Both the position numbers and the translations under genes were made by a program. Below are positions 39,122 through 53,000 of a stretch of DNA of 64,000 nt, one piece after another. Each line of letters begins with the position of its first letter. Position 1 is the first letter of the stretch. The stretch covers positions 19,902,001-19,966,000 of the forward strand of contig OZ004613.1 in assembly GCA_963924565.1 (NCBI GenBank), given 5' to 3'. The DNA is from Ascidiella aspersa (Eukaryota). The notes under the pieces are model-generated. The model saw only the letters and a list, made by a program, of their open reading frames with translations. It made no database searches and was not told the DNA's origin.

Positions 39122-39246
39122 TTATCCATATAAAAGACCGTTGTTGCAAGTGCCGCAGCATTGCCACCTCCATGAAGGACGAGTGCAAAGACCATTTGCT
39201 CGGACAACTTCGCAGGTGCTAAATCGGGAGTACCTGTGGCGGGCGG
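39122..39246 (-). CDS. Alternative terminal exon of the PCSK5/6-like gene encoding a second PLAC domain
   Basis: Acceptor tttccatttctag, phase 1 matching the donor at 43865; translates (CTD)AARHRYSRFSTCEVVRANGLCTRPSWRWQCCGTCNNGLLYG* with full PLAC cysteine spacing. Confidence 0.8.
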
Positions 39247-39617
39247 CTAGAAATGGAAAAGAGGGTAAATGGCGATTTGACAACAGTTGAGCTTAAAATT
39301 TAAATTGTAAAACGTAAACCTTATATTCATAGCTTTACTCCACCATCCGAAGAGGACTGATTGCCATTTAAGAAAACCTGATAAGTTGGAATCAACCGCA
39401 GCAATCTCGTAGCTACTGTTTGCTTATATTCCGTCTACTTAAAGGAGTTTTTAGCGGCTTAGTGACAAATAATGTTTAGGGCCTAGACTAGTAATTCGAA
39501 AGATGTTATAGGTCATTCTGTAAATATTAAAATAAATTACTGCCAATGACAAGGGTCTTCAATTACTATTTGTTGGCAAGCGGAGAGATTTTTTTTAATT
39601 CGTATGAGGTACAATTT

Positions 39618-39675
39618 TTCTAACACTATATTCATATATTCTAACACTATATTCATATATTCGAACACCATATTC
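39618..39675. repeat. 21-bp tandem repeat, about 2.7 copies
   Basis: ttctaacactatattcatata repeated. Confidence 0.8.
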
Positions 39676-41086
39676 TTGCTTTATGTGGACTCGTTAACAA
39701 ACTTTTTTTGTTTAATCATCAAGATTTTTCAATTATTACTCTGCGATGAGCTTCACCAATTATTTTTTTGGAACGATACCTATGGTAAGTCAGCGAAACT
39801 TGCAAGGTAAACTTGCAATTTTAGCGAAAACTTGCAATTTTAGTTGTAAATGTGTATAAATGGATTTTTAGGGTCTAGAGAAGTCTTTTAACATATTAGT
39901 ATATCCTGTTATAATTTATACATGCTTGGGTATGTTGGAGCATTTTGTTACGAAGTCAATAAGGTTTCATGCCACTGTTACAGCATATCATGCAAACTTG
40001 AAGTAACGAAAAAACGAACAGAGTAAGGAATGAATATATCGAAAGAGGAAATTTTTATAAGTTTTATTAGGATTTACAATGATGTAAAATGTGATTCATA
40101 AAACGCTAATCGTAGCAGACATCAACGGTGCGGAAATTAGGTCCAACACAATTTCGTAGAAAAGAAAAAAAAATCAGCTTTTTAGGAATATATATAAAAT
40201 AGAACTTCAATATATGACAAAAGGGAAAGTAAGGCACAGATGTCAGAAACATGTTGCCGATAAAAAAATTAAAAAAATACGAAAAAATACTGTACACATA
40301 TTTCAAGCGAACAAAACAAAACACTTAAATCATGTCAAGCATCATAGATGCGGTTCGAAGAATAGACATATTTTCGTTCTTATAAAAAACAAGTTTTTGC
40401 TTGCAGATAAAACACAGCATCAAGTTTAACCAATTGCTGCTAACCAAGAAATCTCAGAGCAGCATTGAGGTGATAGATCTCTGAAATGCTGAGCAAAGGG
40501 TTTATTGAAAATCGCAACTTTATAAAATAGGTTTCTAGCGGTTAATACGAGGTAGAAACTAAAAATGGCAGAAATATTTCATCGCTGGTTAAGTGGATAG
40601 TGTTAAGGCAGAGGAGGCAAGTGATACACAAAAATTCAAAGATACATGTTGTAAAAATATAGTAAATCGAAAGCAGTTAACCGCTTCCGGTAAGAAACTG
40701 TGGATAGCACAAGTAATTACCACAACTGCATCTAAAAACTATTTGTTTTCCAGATAGATTAAAAGTGAGTATTTCATACAGCGCATTAAAAGCCTGTGAG
40801 TTATTCGTCTTGTGAGAAGGTTTTACAGAACAGTATATTTTGACAACACATGTAGACCATCAATACATAAAGAATATGAAAAATCGCTAAAAACAAGCAA
40901 AAAATAATGTCATGAAGACAAAATTAGTAATTTCTTAGCAGCAACATTTAAGCGTTCTGTTGCTAGGATATCTGAAACTGTCTCAAAATGATCATTAAAG
41001 TTTGCTGAGAGAACTTTATCCGAAAGTCACTTAAGTTAATGAACAAGGCAACGGTTGGTAGTGCTTAAATTATCACGGGTTTATAT

Positions 41087-44000
41087 TCAGTTTGACCCAA
41101 GGTAGCCGCCAGTCGGCTCTGCATCGGTCGCCGAGTTTGAAGACTCGCCAGAGTACTGTTCGTCATCTGGGTACTTGCCGTAAAACGAGTCAACGAGATT
41201 TTGCATTATAATATCGTTGTTGGTTTCGGTTAAGGTGGCGAATGTGGTACAAGTATGGCAGCAGGTTTCTTTGAAAACGGTCATGTTACACCAGAGAAAG
41301 CGCAGCACCAAGAAGCAAGGGTTGGCCACGTACGTCTTGTTGTAATCTGTACGCGTTTTAACACTGACGGTTAGTAAGGTATTACGCGCCCAGGCAACGT
41401 GCACAGTTAAGAAAGAAGGCAGTAACTAAAATAGGTAAAATGTCAAGGAGCTGCGTTATTTTAAATGTTTGAAGAGAAATGTGAATACATCATGTTGTAT
41501 TCGGTGCTCTCACTTTTAGGGATTTAGTTTCAAATTGGAACTTTACGCCCCTTTTAGGGACAAATCTGGGGATTTTGGTGATCTAGGGATTTTTTGGGGG
41601 ATTTTTAGTCTTATTTTGCAAATCGCATTGTATGATTTGTTAACTAGTTAAGTAAAAGTTAACCGAATTGCAATTTTGAAAAAAAAAACAGGTTCAGAAT
41701 ATACGAGCCTACTTGTTTCTGTTGAAAGTTGATTTGAAAAGTTTAAAGAGTAACTGAAACTGCTTAGCCTATGTAAAACCTGGCATGAATTTGTTGCTTG
41801 TTGCGTTATTGTACATTAAGCATTATACCAACTTATAGTCAATTTTTCTTAATGTGGTCAGGTGAAAGATATAATTTTAATTAAAATGGCACCAGGTGAA
41901 GTACGTCCACACATTGCTGCACAAATGAGTAGCTGAACATAATAAACAATAGTAGGCTAGACCTGTAGGCTACACCAGGGTGGTCCAAACCCAGACCCGC
42001 AGGCCACATGTGACGTCATTGTTCGTGGCCGCGAAGCAATGTTGTATACATGCGCACCGTTAAAAGTTGAATTAAAGAACTCTAAGTGACCAACGAACAG
42101 TACTGCAATTGTTTGGGTATGATTACACCTATCGGGTTATACCATTAAATAAACCAGTTTTTGCGCGAAAACATCTTCGTAATTTGACGAGTGTGTAGTT
42201 TGCAACATCTGTCTTAAAATTTTAGTAAGGTCCGCACGGTTTCCGCAAACATTCTACGACAGTGGTTCTTAACCTTTTCATCTTACCTATCGGTAAAATT
42301 TCAAAACAAATTTTGCGGACCGATGGACCTTCAAACATCAAAATCAACCCAAAATGCAAATATGGAAACTTCCATACAATGAGCAATTTGCTGCTGTTTC
42401 TTTGATATCATACGTGTTATACGTGGTTCTATTAAAGTTTTTCACATACAACTGGTCCTAAAACTAAAGACTTAAACGAGCTGTAGCCTACTTCTAAACA
42501 GTTGGGCACAACACTTGCATTGTGTTGTACGATAAAGTCTAAAGTAGACCATTAACTCTATGTTACGCCACAACTGTTGCAAATTACGAAGCTGGCGAAG
42601 TTCTAAATTTAATGGACAAGCCTTCAACATCTTGCATTTTGTAGTTGAGATTTAAGATTGTAATATATTTGGCGGACCGGCGGTCGAGAACCACTGTTCT
42701 ACGCTTTTAAAATGCAGTCATCTATATTAAAAGTTTTGTCAAATACGCAAATTTTTCGCGCTTTGCGCGCACCATTTTTCCCAGTCTTATAACACTCGAT
42801 TTTATTTGCGCACAAGTTCGACGATAGTAGCAAGTTTCTGGAGCTTATATGTATTTAACGATGCTTTGTGACGTCATTTAACCATTTCATACCCCGACCA
42901 AACAAAAATCGTTGATCCGCTTCTGGTACGCATGTAGCCCACTTTATGTGCCCCGCAAAATATATGCAAGATATATCGTGGCCCGCGATGCTGTCAACCT
43001 TCGACCACCCTGGGCTACACAATGCAGTTATTAAAAAAAGTGGGAATATCTACAGCTCGCTTTTAGCATGTAAACAAGGTTAATTTGTCTGTCATTTGTG
43101 TATAGATAAGGTAATGTGATCACATAGATTAACGTGCTAATTATGGTTTAGGGATTTTTCATGCCATCTGGGGATGTTTTGACATAGCTTCAGGGATTTT
43201 CTGGTTTTCATTTGTGAGAGCCCTGTTTGTATTTTCATTACAATAACCACACCACCAAAACTGATCTACATTTACAACAGGCTGTAGAACAGGGGTTCTT
43301 GAAACTTTTTTACCTCGGACCCCTAAATTGCTTTTTTGTTTAGCGTGGCCCCTGAATGGCTTTTTGCTTAGCCACGGTTGACAAGCAATTTTCAGAGAAC
43401 ACGACATAATTTGCCGTAATACTACAAATAGACCTCAGAAATCTGCCGATATCGACCAAAAACGTGAAAGTGTAAAGTCTACATTCAGTGCAATACCGTA
43501 ACTCTTATTTTTAATGGATTACTTCTTAAATATACACTAATATTTTCAATAGGTCTACATGGACCCCTTAAGAATACCCCAGTTTAAGAACCCCTGCTCT
43601 AGAAGGTGTTTTGCAAATTAGATATGGGTTAATACGGGATTAAAAACTAAAATATTGCTAATAAAAATATTTTGTTTTTATGTGGCAATCTTTTTCACCC
43701 GACAGACAGAAACTATCGCGCCAGACAAATAGAGGATAAAGCGCCTACATGCAGTTACACTTAAAGAGCATCGTGGGCCTACATGCAGTTAGACTACAAC
43801 AGCATCGTGCAAGCTAATGCTTATATTCCTAACACCAGGCTTTGTGGTGTTTCGACATGTCTTACCGTCGGTACATTGGCTGTTGCACTGCCCGCGTGAT
43901 AAGGTCCTGCCTCTCTTGCACATGGTACAGTTGCCGCGACGTGGCCCGTTGCACTGGCGACAAGTCGAGTGACACCTGGAATAAAAAACACGTATGAGCA

Positions 44001-47000
44001 AAACTGACGAACGTCGAATAGAGTCACGTTAATAATAATAGTTCGCGTTTTATTTTGAGCCTCAAATACTTAACGGTCATCTGTAACAGGGTCGGCCGAG
44101 GTATTTTATTCTTTAATGTCAATCAACCGATCCATATATCTTTGCAAACCACAACACAAAAAAGAGCAATACGAGAAAAACTAAAGTACAAAAAGCAAAA
44201 ATATAGATAAATAGTAAATATTAATTGTTATTTACGACAATGTTGCACCAATGTAAAAAAATAATGGTGTGCGCTGGCAGTTAAAAGTTTAGATGACACA
44301 TAAAGGTTTCGACATAATTATGTGTAAAACAAATTTCCCGCTTTGAAGGCTAAGTTAAATCCAAGTACGACAGTACGTGTTCTGCATTACGAAATGATTA
44401 GAACCATTATTATCGACCTAGGTGTTTGCACATTTTTCATTGCAACCTGAGCATAAACCATATATAACGTATTCTTTTTCGTTATAGCCCAAAATGTTTT
44501 AAACGACCTTTACATAACACAGTAATTTAGAAAAATAAAGAAAACCCCAATGTCGTAGATAACCCTAATGTCGTAGAAGCCAGGTTACCTTCTGCAAGAC
44601 TGGCGACGCAGGTCCGGATAAAACGACTATAAAACCGTATATAACGTTATCTTCTTCGTTAAAGCCAAAAATATTTTAAACGACCATAATTGACCAAAGC
44701 CAAATTAATAAAACCATAATGTCGTATAATTGCCGAGTGTACCTCCTGCAAGAACGGCGACGCAGGTCCGGATAAAATGATTCCGGGCAAACTTGCATGC
44801 ATCGGCGTCCGGAGAGAACGTAGCCTTCAGCGCAAGACATGCAGTTGTTCGGGGAGCCGATGCAAGTGCGACAGGTGGGGTTGCAGATGCCACAGCCAAC
44901 CTTGATCGACACAAGGTAAGTACCAGGTCGACAGGACGGACGACAGGTGCCACTTTTGAATCTGAAAAAAGGCCGGTAAATTTTCAGAGTCGTTTTGGTA
45001 AAACATCGTGCCAACCCAAATACTATGAAATAGATTACCGTATTCGTGTTGATAAACAATACGAATTTAAAAACCGAAAAATTACTGTGCAAAACTTGGT
45101 GAACCTTTTCGAAAACTGATTATTAGGAAAATATCAGTTTTATATAATAATCAAGAAACTAAGGAATAAAAATGTTAATTTTGGAGCATAATGGTTGGAG
45201 GTTGTAGCAAGACGTAATAAGAATATCAAAGCCCATACAGATGTAGGTATCATTTTGAACGTTTCGAATAAAACTTTATTCATTTTTAACAAAGAGAGAA
45301 GGCAAAAATGAATAAAGAGTTATTTGAAACGTTTAAAATGATACTTCTTTTGTATGGGCTTTAATATTCTTAAAAATGTTACTGTTTTGAGTAAGTTTGT
45401 TCTCATTACTTTTATCATTGTTTGTTTTAATTACTTTATCTATGCTACGTCGGGTCTGCCAAATAAGCATTTGGTTCTTGATCTGAATAAATATGGTGCT
45501 TCAAATTTGCCTATAGCTCATGACAACTTACATAAATCCAGCGCGGCAAGAGGTGCACTGGCTGCTGCGTTGGTGACATGTTTCGCAAACATCGTCGCAG
45601 ATGCGGCAAGTCTGTGAAACTACAAAGGCAAATGGAAAGTGAGTAAAGCAATAGATGCAAACCTTGGTCGGAAAGAGAAGAAAGTAACACTACAATTTCA
45701 CATGGTTTCCGATTAATAACATTTCTAATATTGATTAACGAAAATTAAACCAAGTAACTCACTTGGCTCCAGGTAGGTTCCCTGACTGCAAGTTCGCACG
45801 CAAGCCCCGTCTACAATGGCGAAGCCGGGATAGCAGGAAGTACAGTTGTGCGAACCTTCGGCGTCGCAAGTCTGGCAGCTTCGCCAGCAATGCTGTGATG
45901 AATTAGCCAAGGCAACAGATATTGCAGCGAGATATTAATTCATAACACTACAAGTAGCCGTTTAAATTTAAGGAAAACTGCCGCATTGTCACCATTTAGC
46001 TATAAAAACAAGTCTCTTTAGTGCTTTATTGTTCAGTATTACGAAGTTAGATTTAATTTTTCAATATGTATGAAAGAGGAACAATTGTCACTATTCGTTC
46101 ACAGTTTACGTCTAGCGAACGTCATAACAAAATGTAAATGAACGTAAAACGAGAGACAACAATTCTTTATCAAAAAGAAAATATATAATGTTGTCAGTGT
46201 TATAGGAGTTTGACAACAGAAATCAACGTTCACTTCGGTAACAACTAAAATTTGAAGCAGAATTCGTCGTCCTACCTGGCAAACTTGATTAGAGGGATCC
46301 ATAAACTGGGAACTCTCACATGCGGCGATACACTCGCCTCGCAGACTCGCCACATGGCGGCAGCGCGTACAATCACGTGCGGTTGGACCACAGCAGCCCA
46401 CACATTCCTCATGGCAATGATCTTGCGGGTAAGCTTAAAGTAAATAAACAAAATCACCAAAACTCTTCCACGCTAACTGGGCGTGGAGAAAATCAAATTT
46501 AAGAGCCTAAAAATCGCGTTTAATAAACTTCAAGTGATTGGATTTGTTCAAGCAGGACATTTTCAATAGCTACAAACGTTTAAACCAGTGGTTCTCAACC
46601 GGGGTCCGCAGCATCCTAGGGTGCCATTTCGAATACTCACGGGTGCCAATAGATATTTGAGAATCTTTAAGAATCTGATTTTTGCTTAACTCTTGTAGAA
46701 TAAATCCAATTATAACTTCCTAACACTGGTTTAAACCAAAACGACAAAAAAATCACAAAAAAGCTTTACCTTCACACATGCTGAAATTAAACTCAGGTTG
46801 TGGATGCGAGTAAGTTCCGTAGAAAATAAGTCGCCAGCTTAGAAGTCGACCACCCCGACTTGCATCCCTGAAAAACCACGACGCCTTTTTATTATTTTTT
46901 TTCAGTTGCGCTATTTTAACTGTTATTATCGACTTCGAGGCAATCCCAGCTGAACTAAAATATACACAAGGGCCATGTGCACCTCACATCTAAAGAAACT

Positions 47001-50000
47001 TACCAGAAACGCAAAAATCCATTATGAATCGGGGAAAACAATAAAATATAGTTTGATATGTACCTGTAGCTCATCATGGCTTTGGTGTCCGTAATTTTAA
47101 GATGCCAGACACCCATCGGGTTCTCGCCCCAGTGGTGGGTGGTCATGAACTCCCAGTCCCGGAAGCCAACCTTGGATCGGTCGAAGTTCCTAGAAATAGT
47201 ACAAAGAACCTTGTCAAAGCTTCTCACAACTAAACGACAAGGTGTTAGAAATTGGAATACATCTATACTTTAAGCCACATTAATCCTCGTTCCGACTACT
47301 TTGTATAAATTCAAGTCGCGCAGAATTTCCTTTGTTCGACCCTTAAGGGAGCAGTTAACAGTTACTGGTCTATTGGTAGATGATAGTAAAATTTCGAAGA
47401 TCCATACACATTAAATTTAATTAGTCGTCGAATCGAATATTTTATTGGTATGAAGATTATTTTTCCTCAAGCGTCCATATGTATGTTTTTAAAACATCAT
47501 CATTTTGGGGGTAAGCGTTTGGGGTTAGCGTGCTGCAAAGGTTAGCAATTAGTAATTTTAAATTAAACTAGCAAAGTTTTTCTGACTTATGCCTTTATCC
47601 ATAAATGCGGTAACTAATCTATAGGCGACTGAGCGCAGACCAGGAGCTATCACTTGGCTTGAAGCTAAAGAAGCAAGATAAACCGGCTTCACGCCATCCA
47701 AATTCGTCGGATCATTAATACACATGCTTGTAATTCTCAATTAGTTTAAGATTCATGGCACTTCCGGATGGACTCTTACCTTCTCTCCAGAATATTTGAT
47801 ATCGTGCCTGACGGTGACGTAAGAAATATCTCGAGTTCGCCTCGCCGCGGATGAATAAGCGTCAAGCGCAAAACCACGTGCTCCAAATATGCGATTTCAT
47901 TGTCTGATCGGTAACAAGCGCGGGTATCCATGGAAACGATTAAAGATTGATGCAGTGGAATATCTCTGTTAAAAATATTTTTAAGAGAAATGTTGTTATC
48001 TGTGTTGCAATGCCTCGTGTCAATACCCTGACATAATTCGAATAAAGTAACCATGTTGAAATGATCTGGCCTAAATAGGGAGTGTTTTGGGTAAAGTGAC
48101 CTGTGTTGGTCTTAAGTTATTCAGAAAAAAATAACTTGGCTTAGATTGAAAAGGTCTTCTTTACAAATGTAATTAAAAAAATAAAACTTTACAAATGTAA
48201 TTAAAAATAGTTATTTACCTCAACGTTTTGTTTTTGTTTTTTCTTATTCGAAATGTTGCTCAGGATCGAATCAGTTGCCCAACCGTTTAACATTTATTTT
48301 GATGTTAATGATTTAACTTAAGCTTGACTTAAATTTGCAGTGAGGATAGCACCTCAACCTGCGCAGTTGACACCTAGGCTCGGTATTAACTTTGTTTTGT
48401 TGCAAATAATTCTTGGGCATAAGTTACCCAGCAAACGACGTATTTAAACCACTGATGGCTTTGTTAAGAGTAAATGTAAAATGTAACGCTGTATTCGTTC
48501 AGTATACGCTAAGTGTAGGCGGTAGGGTTTACAGTACACAGACTAATACGCAGACATCGAAGACACATTTTGAGCATTATACAACAGATAAACAGACGAG
48601 AGTCGAACTCACTTTACCAGTCTTTGCGCCGGTCCCTGGCACTCCCGTTGCTCAGGCACGGCCTTCCAAGTCTTCGCAACGTGCGTCATGGCCGCCGCGT
48701 CCAGCAGGCCGAAGCCGAAAACGTGGGAAACGTTAAAACCTGCCCCGTTCACGGCCCAATCGTTGGCGATGAGTCCACGCGAGTTTGAGGTGCGTACAAT
48801 AATGTGCTGGACGTCCCTCCAGTTGAGCATCGGGTTTGCCTGTAGCATTAACGCCACTACACCAGTGGCCATGGGTGCTGACGCTGATGTGCCTGTGTGT
48901 TGGTGCGTGCACGACCGGCGAAGGTCGGTGGTGATCTGCAAACGAAGCGCTGCGTTTATCAGTCGCCTGTATATTTCTACCTAACGGCGGGTCAGACCAA
49001 ATTCGAAAAGGCCGATAAAATTTAATAGAATGTTGTTCGAACGGCCGAACGTGATTAACTTACCACCGCCAAACCATGATTATTACGTTGAAGGGAGCGG
49101 GAGACTATAAAAGAGTTTCACTGTCTTGCTTCTATCGTACTATTCATTCTGGTAGCTGTATTTATTTACAGTGTAGAAATTTCGTTGTTTTTAAATTTCA
49201 AATCGGAATACACTTATGCAGAATTAGAAAAACACTACGTGGCGCTAAATCACTATAATGTCGTCTGCAAACATAACATAACATAACGGTATTCTTCTTC
49301 AAAGAAAACTGCTTGAGCTATTCGGAAAAAAAACAACCAAACAAGCCTAATGTTATTGACAAAGATGTGAGTCAGCAAAATAGTTTGCTATATACACCTT
49401 TTTATTTAAATGACAAAACAGTGAGCGAACATTGAGTGAAGTGCGAACCGTGACAACCGAGGATGCAACTCGAGAAGATACGGCTGCTGTGCTCATTCGT
49501 ACAGCCGATTATGCGAACTTGACTCCTTCACACTTCAACTAATTATTGGCATCTTTCCACAACACTTTGCAGCAAGGTTAATGGTTTTATTCTCGTCATT
49601 TGAGTAGACTGGCTTTAAAGTAATCTAATACGGCGTGTCGCCCGAAGGTCAACTGATTTTAACTGCAAAACGTTGTACATAAACAAACGCTTTAAAGTGA
49701 AAACGACGTTCACAATAATATTGGACGTTTTCTTGTAACACGAATGTACGTTATAATGGCATTGCAACTGTTCTGTTGCATAATGTCTATAGAAACGACA
49801 TCAGCTCATTCAAAAACATTCATTAATCCCAAAAAGCGCGCATGGCTATTAAACACGGACGGAAAACAGCCTTATGTTTGTCAACACGTTTTAACAGAAG
49901 CATTAGGAAGAAAAAGCGGTCGCGATGATGCAACTTTGGGGAATTTTGTGAGTCAGAGATACAGTCCATCGCAGACTATGGAGCAACGGCAACCCAAGAC

Positions 50001-53000
50001 GCGAAGCAAACAACAATTCCGTGCCCTTCGTTCTTGGACAGGTATTTACCGGAGCAGACTGGCGCGCGCGGATCGCCACAGGAATGCCAAGAGGTCGCTC
50101 CTCGGTCGCTTAATCTGTGTTTCCGTCGTCGCCGTCGCCTCACGAGGCCGCCTGTGCTGGCCCATTAAAATTGCACTGGCCTTCATTTATTCAAAAGTAC
50201 GCCTTTTGAACTAACCCAAAATCGCAGCATATTAATGTCAGTAAAACAATTTCACCTATAATCATTAATAAAGCATAGATATGCTGCTGCTTCCAGGCAT
50301 AGTTAGTGTATACTAAAGAGAATGTTTTACGGTACTTACTTGTAAAATAAGTCTGTTCAGTATATTAATAAAGCATTATAAGTTCTATTGATGTCAACGT
50401 TTTAAATTTTGTCGAAACTTTCAAAAGTGATGAATTAACCGAATATAAGTTACATACAGTTGAACAATACGACTTACGCCAAAATAGTAAAAGCGCTGTA
50501 GACAGCAAATATTTAAAGCAAAGTGAGCCGGCCAGGTAATTAATCGGAACCAAGAAACGTGGCTCGACAAAACAGGCAGAAAAGCGGCGATAATATGTCC
50601 GAGGAGACACGGGGCGCCCGTCAGTAAGCGTTTGTCAGCACTCTGACGCACGACAGGCGACGGGCTTCGGAGACAAAGGAGCCGCTTCGGGGTCGCCGCG
50701 GTCGACAGCCAACTCAAGAGTGGCACTCAACGTTGGCAAAATCGTTAATCAGCCCCCTGCTCCTTGATAATTTCGGAATTTTTCGGGTGAAGGGAGAAAA
50801 TGCGAGTGGCTGCTGGTAGTGCGCGAACAACAGATATGCTTTAATAAGCTGTTGCTACCAGGCATAGTTACATCAATCTACAAAAATATATAAGTATTTG
50901 ATTAATATGCTCTAATTAGGTTAACCTCGTTCAAACGCTACAAGCAAACACCGTAGCCCGCTTTATTGTGGTCGCATGTTACTGCGCAAATAGCAAGCCG
51001 GGCCTTCACTTGGTTATGACTTACGAGTAATTGACGACGCAAACATTAAACCAATATTTACACGCATTTCTTTTCCAGTAAGAACAAACGACAGTTTGAT
51101 GTGATAAAAATGCCATCCTTGCAAAATAAAGCAAGATAACAAAGCCACAAAAGAAAGATATTTTCTGTACTTTTATGTTATGCAAAAACGTTTCTCGTTT
51201 TTTTTTTCTAGAGCTAATTACTGTAGTTTATTCTTTGTTTCTTTCCTAATTGACACTAGTCTGTCTGTAGAACACCATGAATATAGTACGACAGAAATCC
51301 TTTGGGGCGCTGCGCTTACGAATGAGATTGCGTTTTGATTCGCTGCAATTGCACCGTGTAACCACGCAATAAAGAAAAAAAGTAAATATTAGCAAAACAC
51401 AATGTAGTGATTCTGTTCTACTGCGACATAATTTAACGCAAGCAAAAAAACTGTATAAAAGCAAGCCAGCTATATTATAATGGAATACAGGCTGTAACCT
51501 TATGGTCATAGTGTGTGGTTTCTTAGATAGCAGAAATGACAAAGACTTCAATACAACAGGCTTAACAAACCTAAATATTACATTATTTACATATTGCGAT
51601 TTATCTCGTTACTCTTATTATAGGATTAATTTAGGAAATGTTATATAACGTTCCTACTTTCAACTGGACTTTTGTTGATTACGACAATGAAGTCGTTTTG
51701 AAATTTTCAGACCAACATAAAGACCCAACACAACAAGTTTTTGAAAAAACTTGACCCGACGAAGGCCTCGAGGAAGCGGAAGCAATGAGCTCTATGACAG
51801 CGTCGTGGCAATAAAATGGCTAGGATGCTGACCTTTTTGGTAAGCACGAAAACACTAGAAGCCTAATTAAACATTGCAAACACCGCTCGTTCACGATGCG
51901 CAATGTACGTCAAATGTACTGGTTCTTTTTAACGGAGCTTTTTCAAAGCGCCTTTATCTTGAGTTGCGTAAACATGGCTGGAAATGTTATGTTACGCAAA
52001 TTGTAGAAGTAACGGTATACAGCAGTGCATACTACAGACATGTAAAAATGCGTATGGCAAACTTAAGAAAGTAAGTTCTGCAGACATCACGTAAAATCTC
52101 GAGCAGACAGACCCAAAAAGTCTGACACGGGGTCATCCATTAAATGCGATAATCCGGGCCGAGTCTGTATAACAAACTTTTCCGTTCAAATATAACCACA
52201 TTCCGATGCAATGAACCCGTTCCTCCGTGTCACAAGGAATATGCTGGTTGAGCAACCAAAGAAATCGTGCTATGTTGACCAAAAGTTAAAATGCGCATAT
52301 AATATAAAGTCATATTTTTCATCTACAAAAATCAAATAAAGTTACCTTTCTTCGAAATTTGTTTTTGCGGATTTGTCCGCTCTGCCACTAGCCTAATATA
52401 AACACACAAAACGAGATAAGGGAGCTCGAGTTATGTCTGTTAGACAACGAATGAACGGACGAACGCCACCGAAGAATTTCGCCGCGCGTGCCTTCTGATA
52501 TTTACACACGCAGATTCTGCGAAATAAGGCTTCATTATTATTACGCAAGTGTAGGGAATAACTAAAATCAATCAAAATGTAGCAGTGGTTATCTGGAATT
52601 GACAAGTGATTAACGTAGTTTTTCGACATTCGAAGGTAATAGGGATTAGGGAAGTCGGCAAATCTCACATCCAATGTACAGATAATTCAAACCAACATTT
52701 AGCTCTTGGAGCCGACTTAACCGCACGAAAAGCAAGTAGGTAAATATTTTTGTCTTTGGGCAATATTTACTTTAATGGGCCACCTTTGGACAGGTGAATT
52801 GCGCATCATTAAGTCAACAGAATGTTTAGGCGCACAATTTGATAAAGATGCCTCGAATAAGGTCCAGGTATTGGGAATATAATCGTAGGTTTCCATACAG
52901 AAAAAATCTTACCACTTTGCCTTCATATATCTCCCCACTGCTGTAGGTTGAGGCCAAGGTAGATGAACAGCTTTCAAGATACCAGGGCCTGTTGCCGTAT

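Larger units (their letters stand above)
41502..43225. mobile_element. Outer hAT-type element of a nested stack
   Basis: CGGTGCTCTCAC...GTGAGAGCCCTG, subterminal gggattt repeats at both ends, TSD GTTGTATT/TTTGTATT. Confidence 0.7.

Noticed and set aside
49744-50214. 156-aa plus-strand ORF as a nested gene
   Set aside because: No recognisable motif or convincing splice structure; length is explainable by local GC richness.
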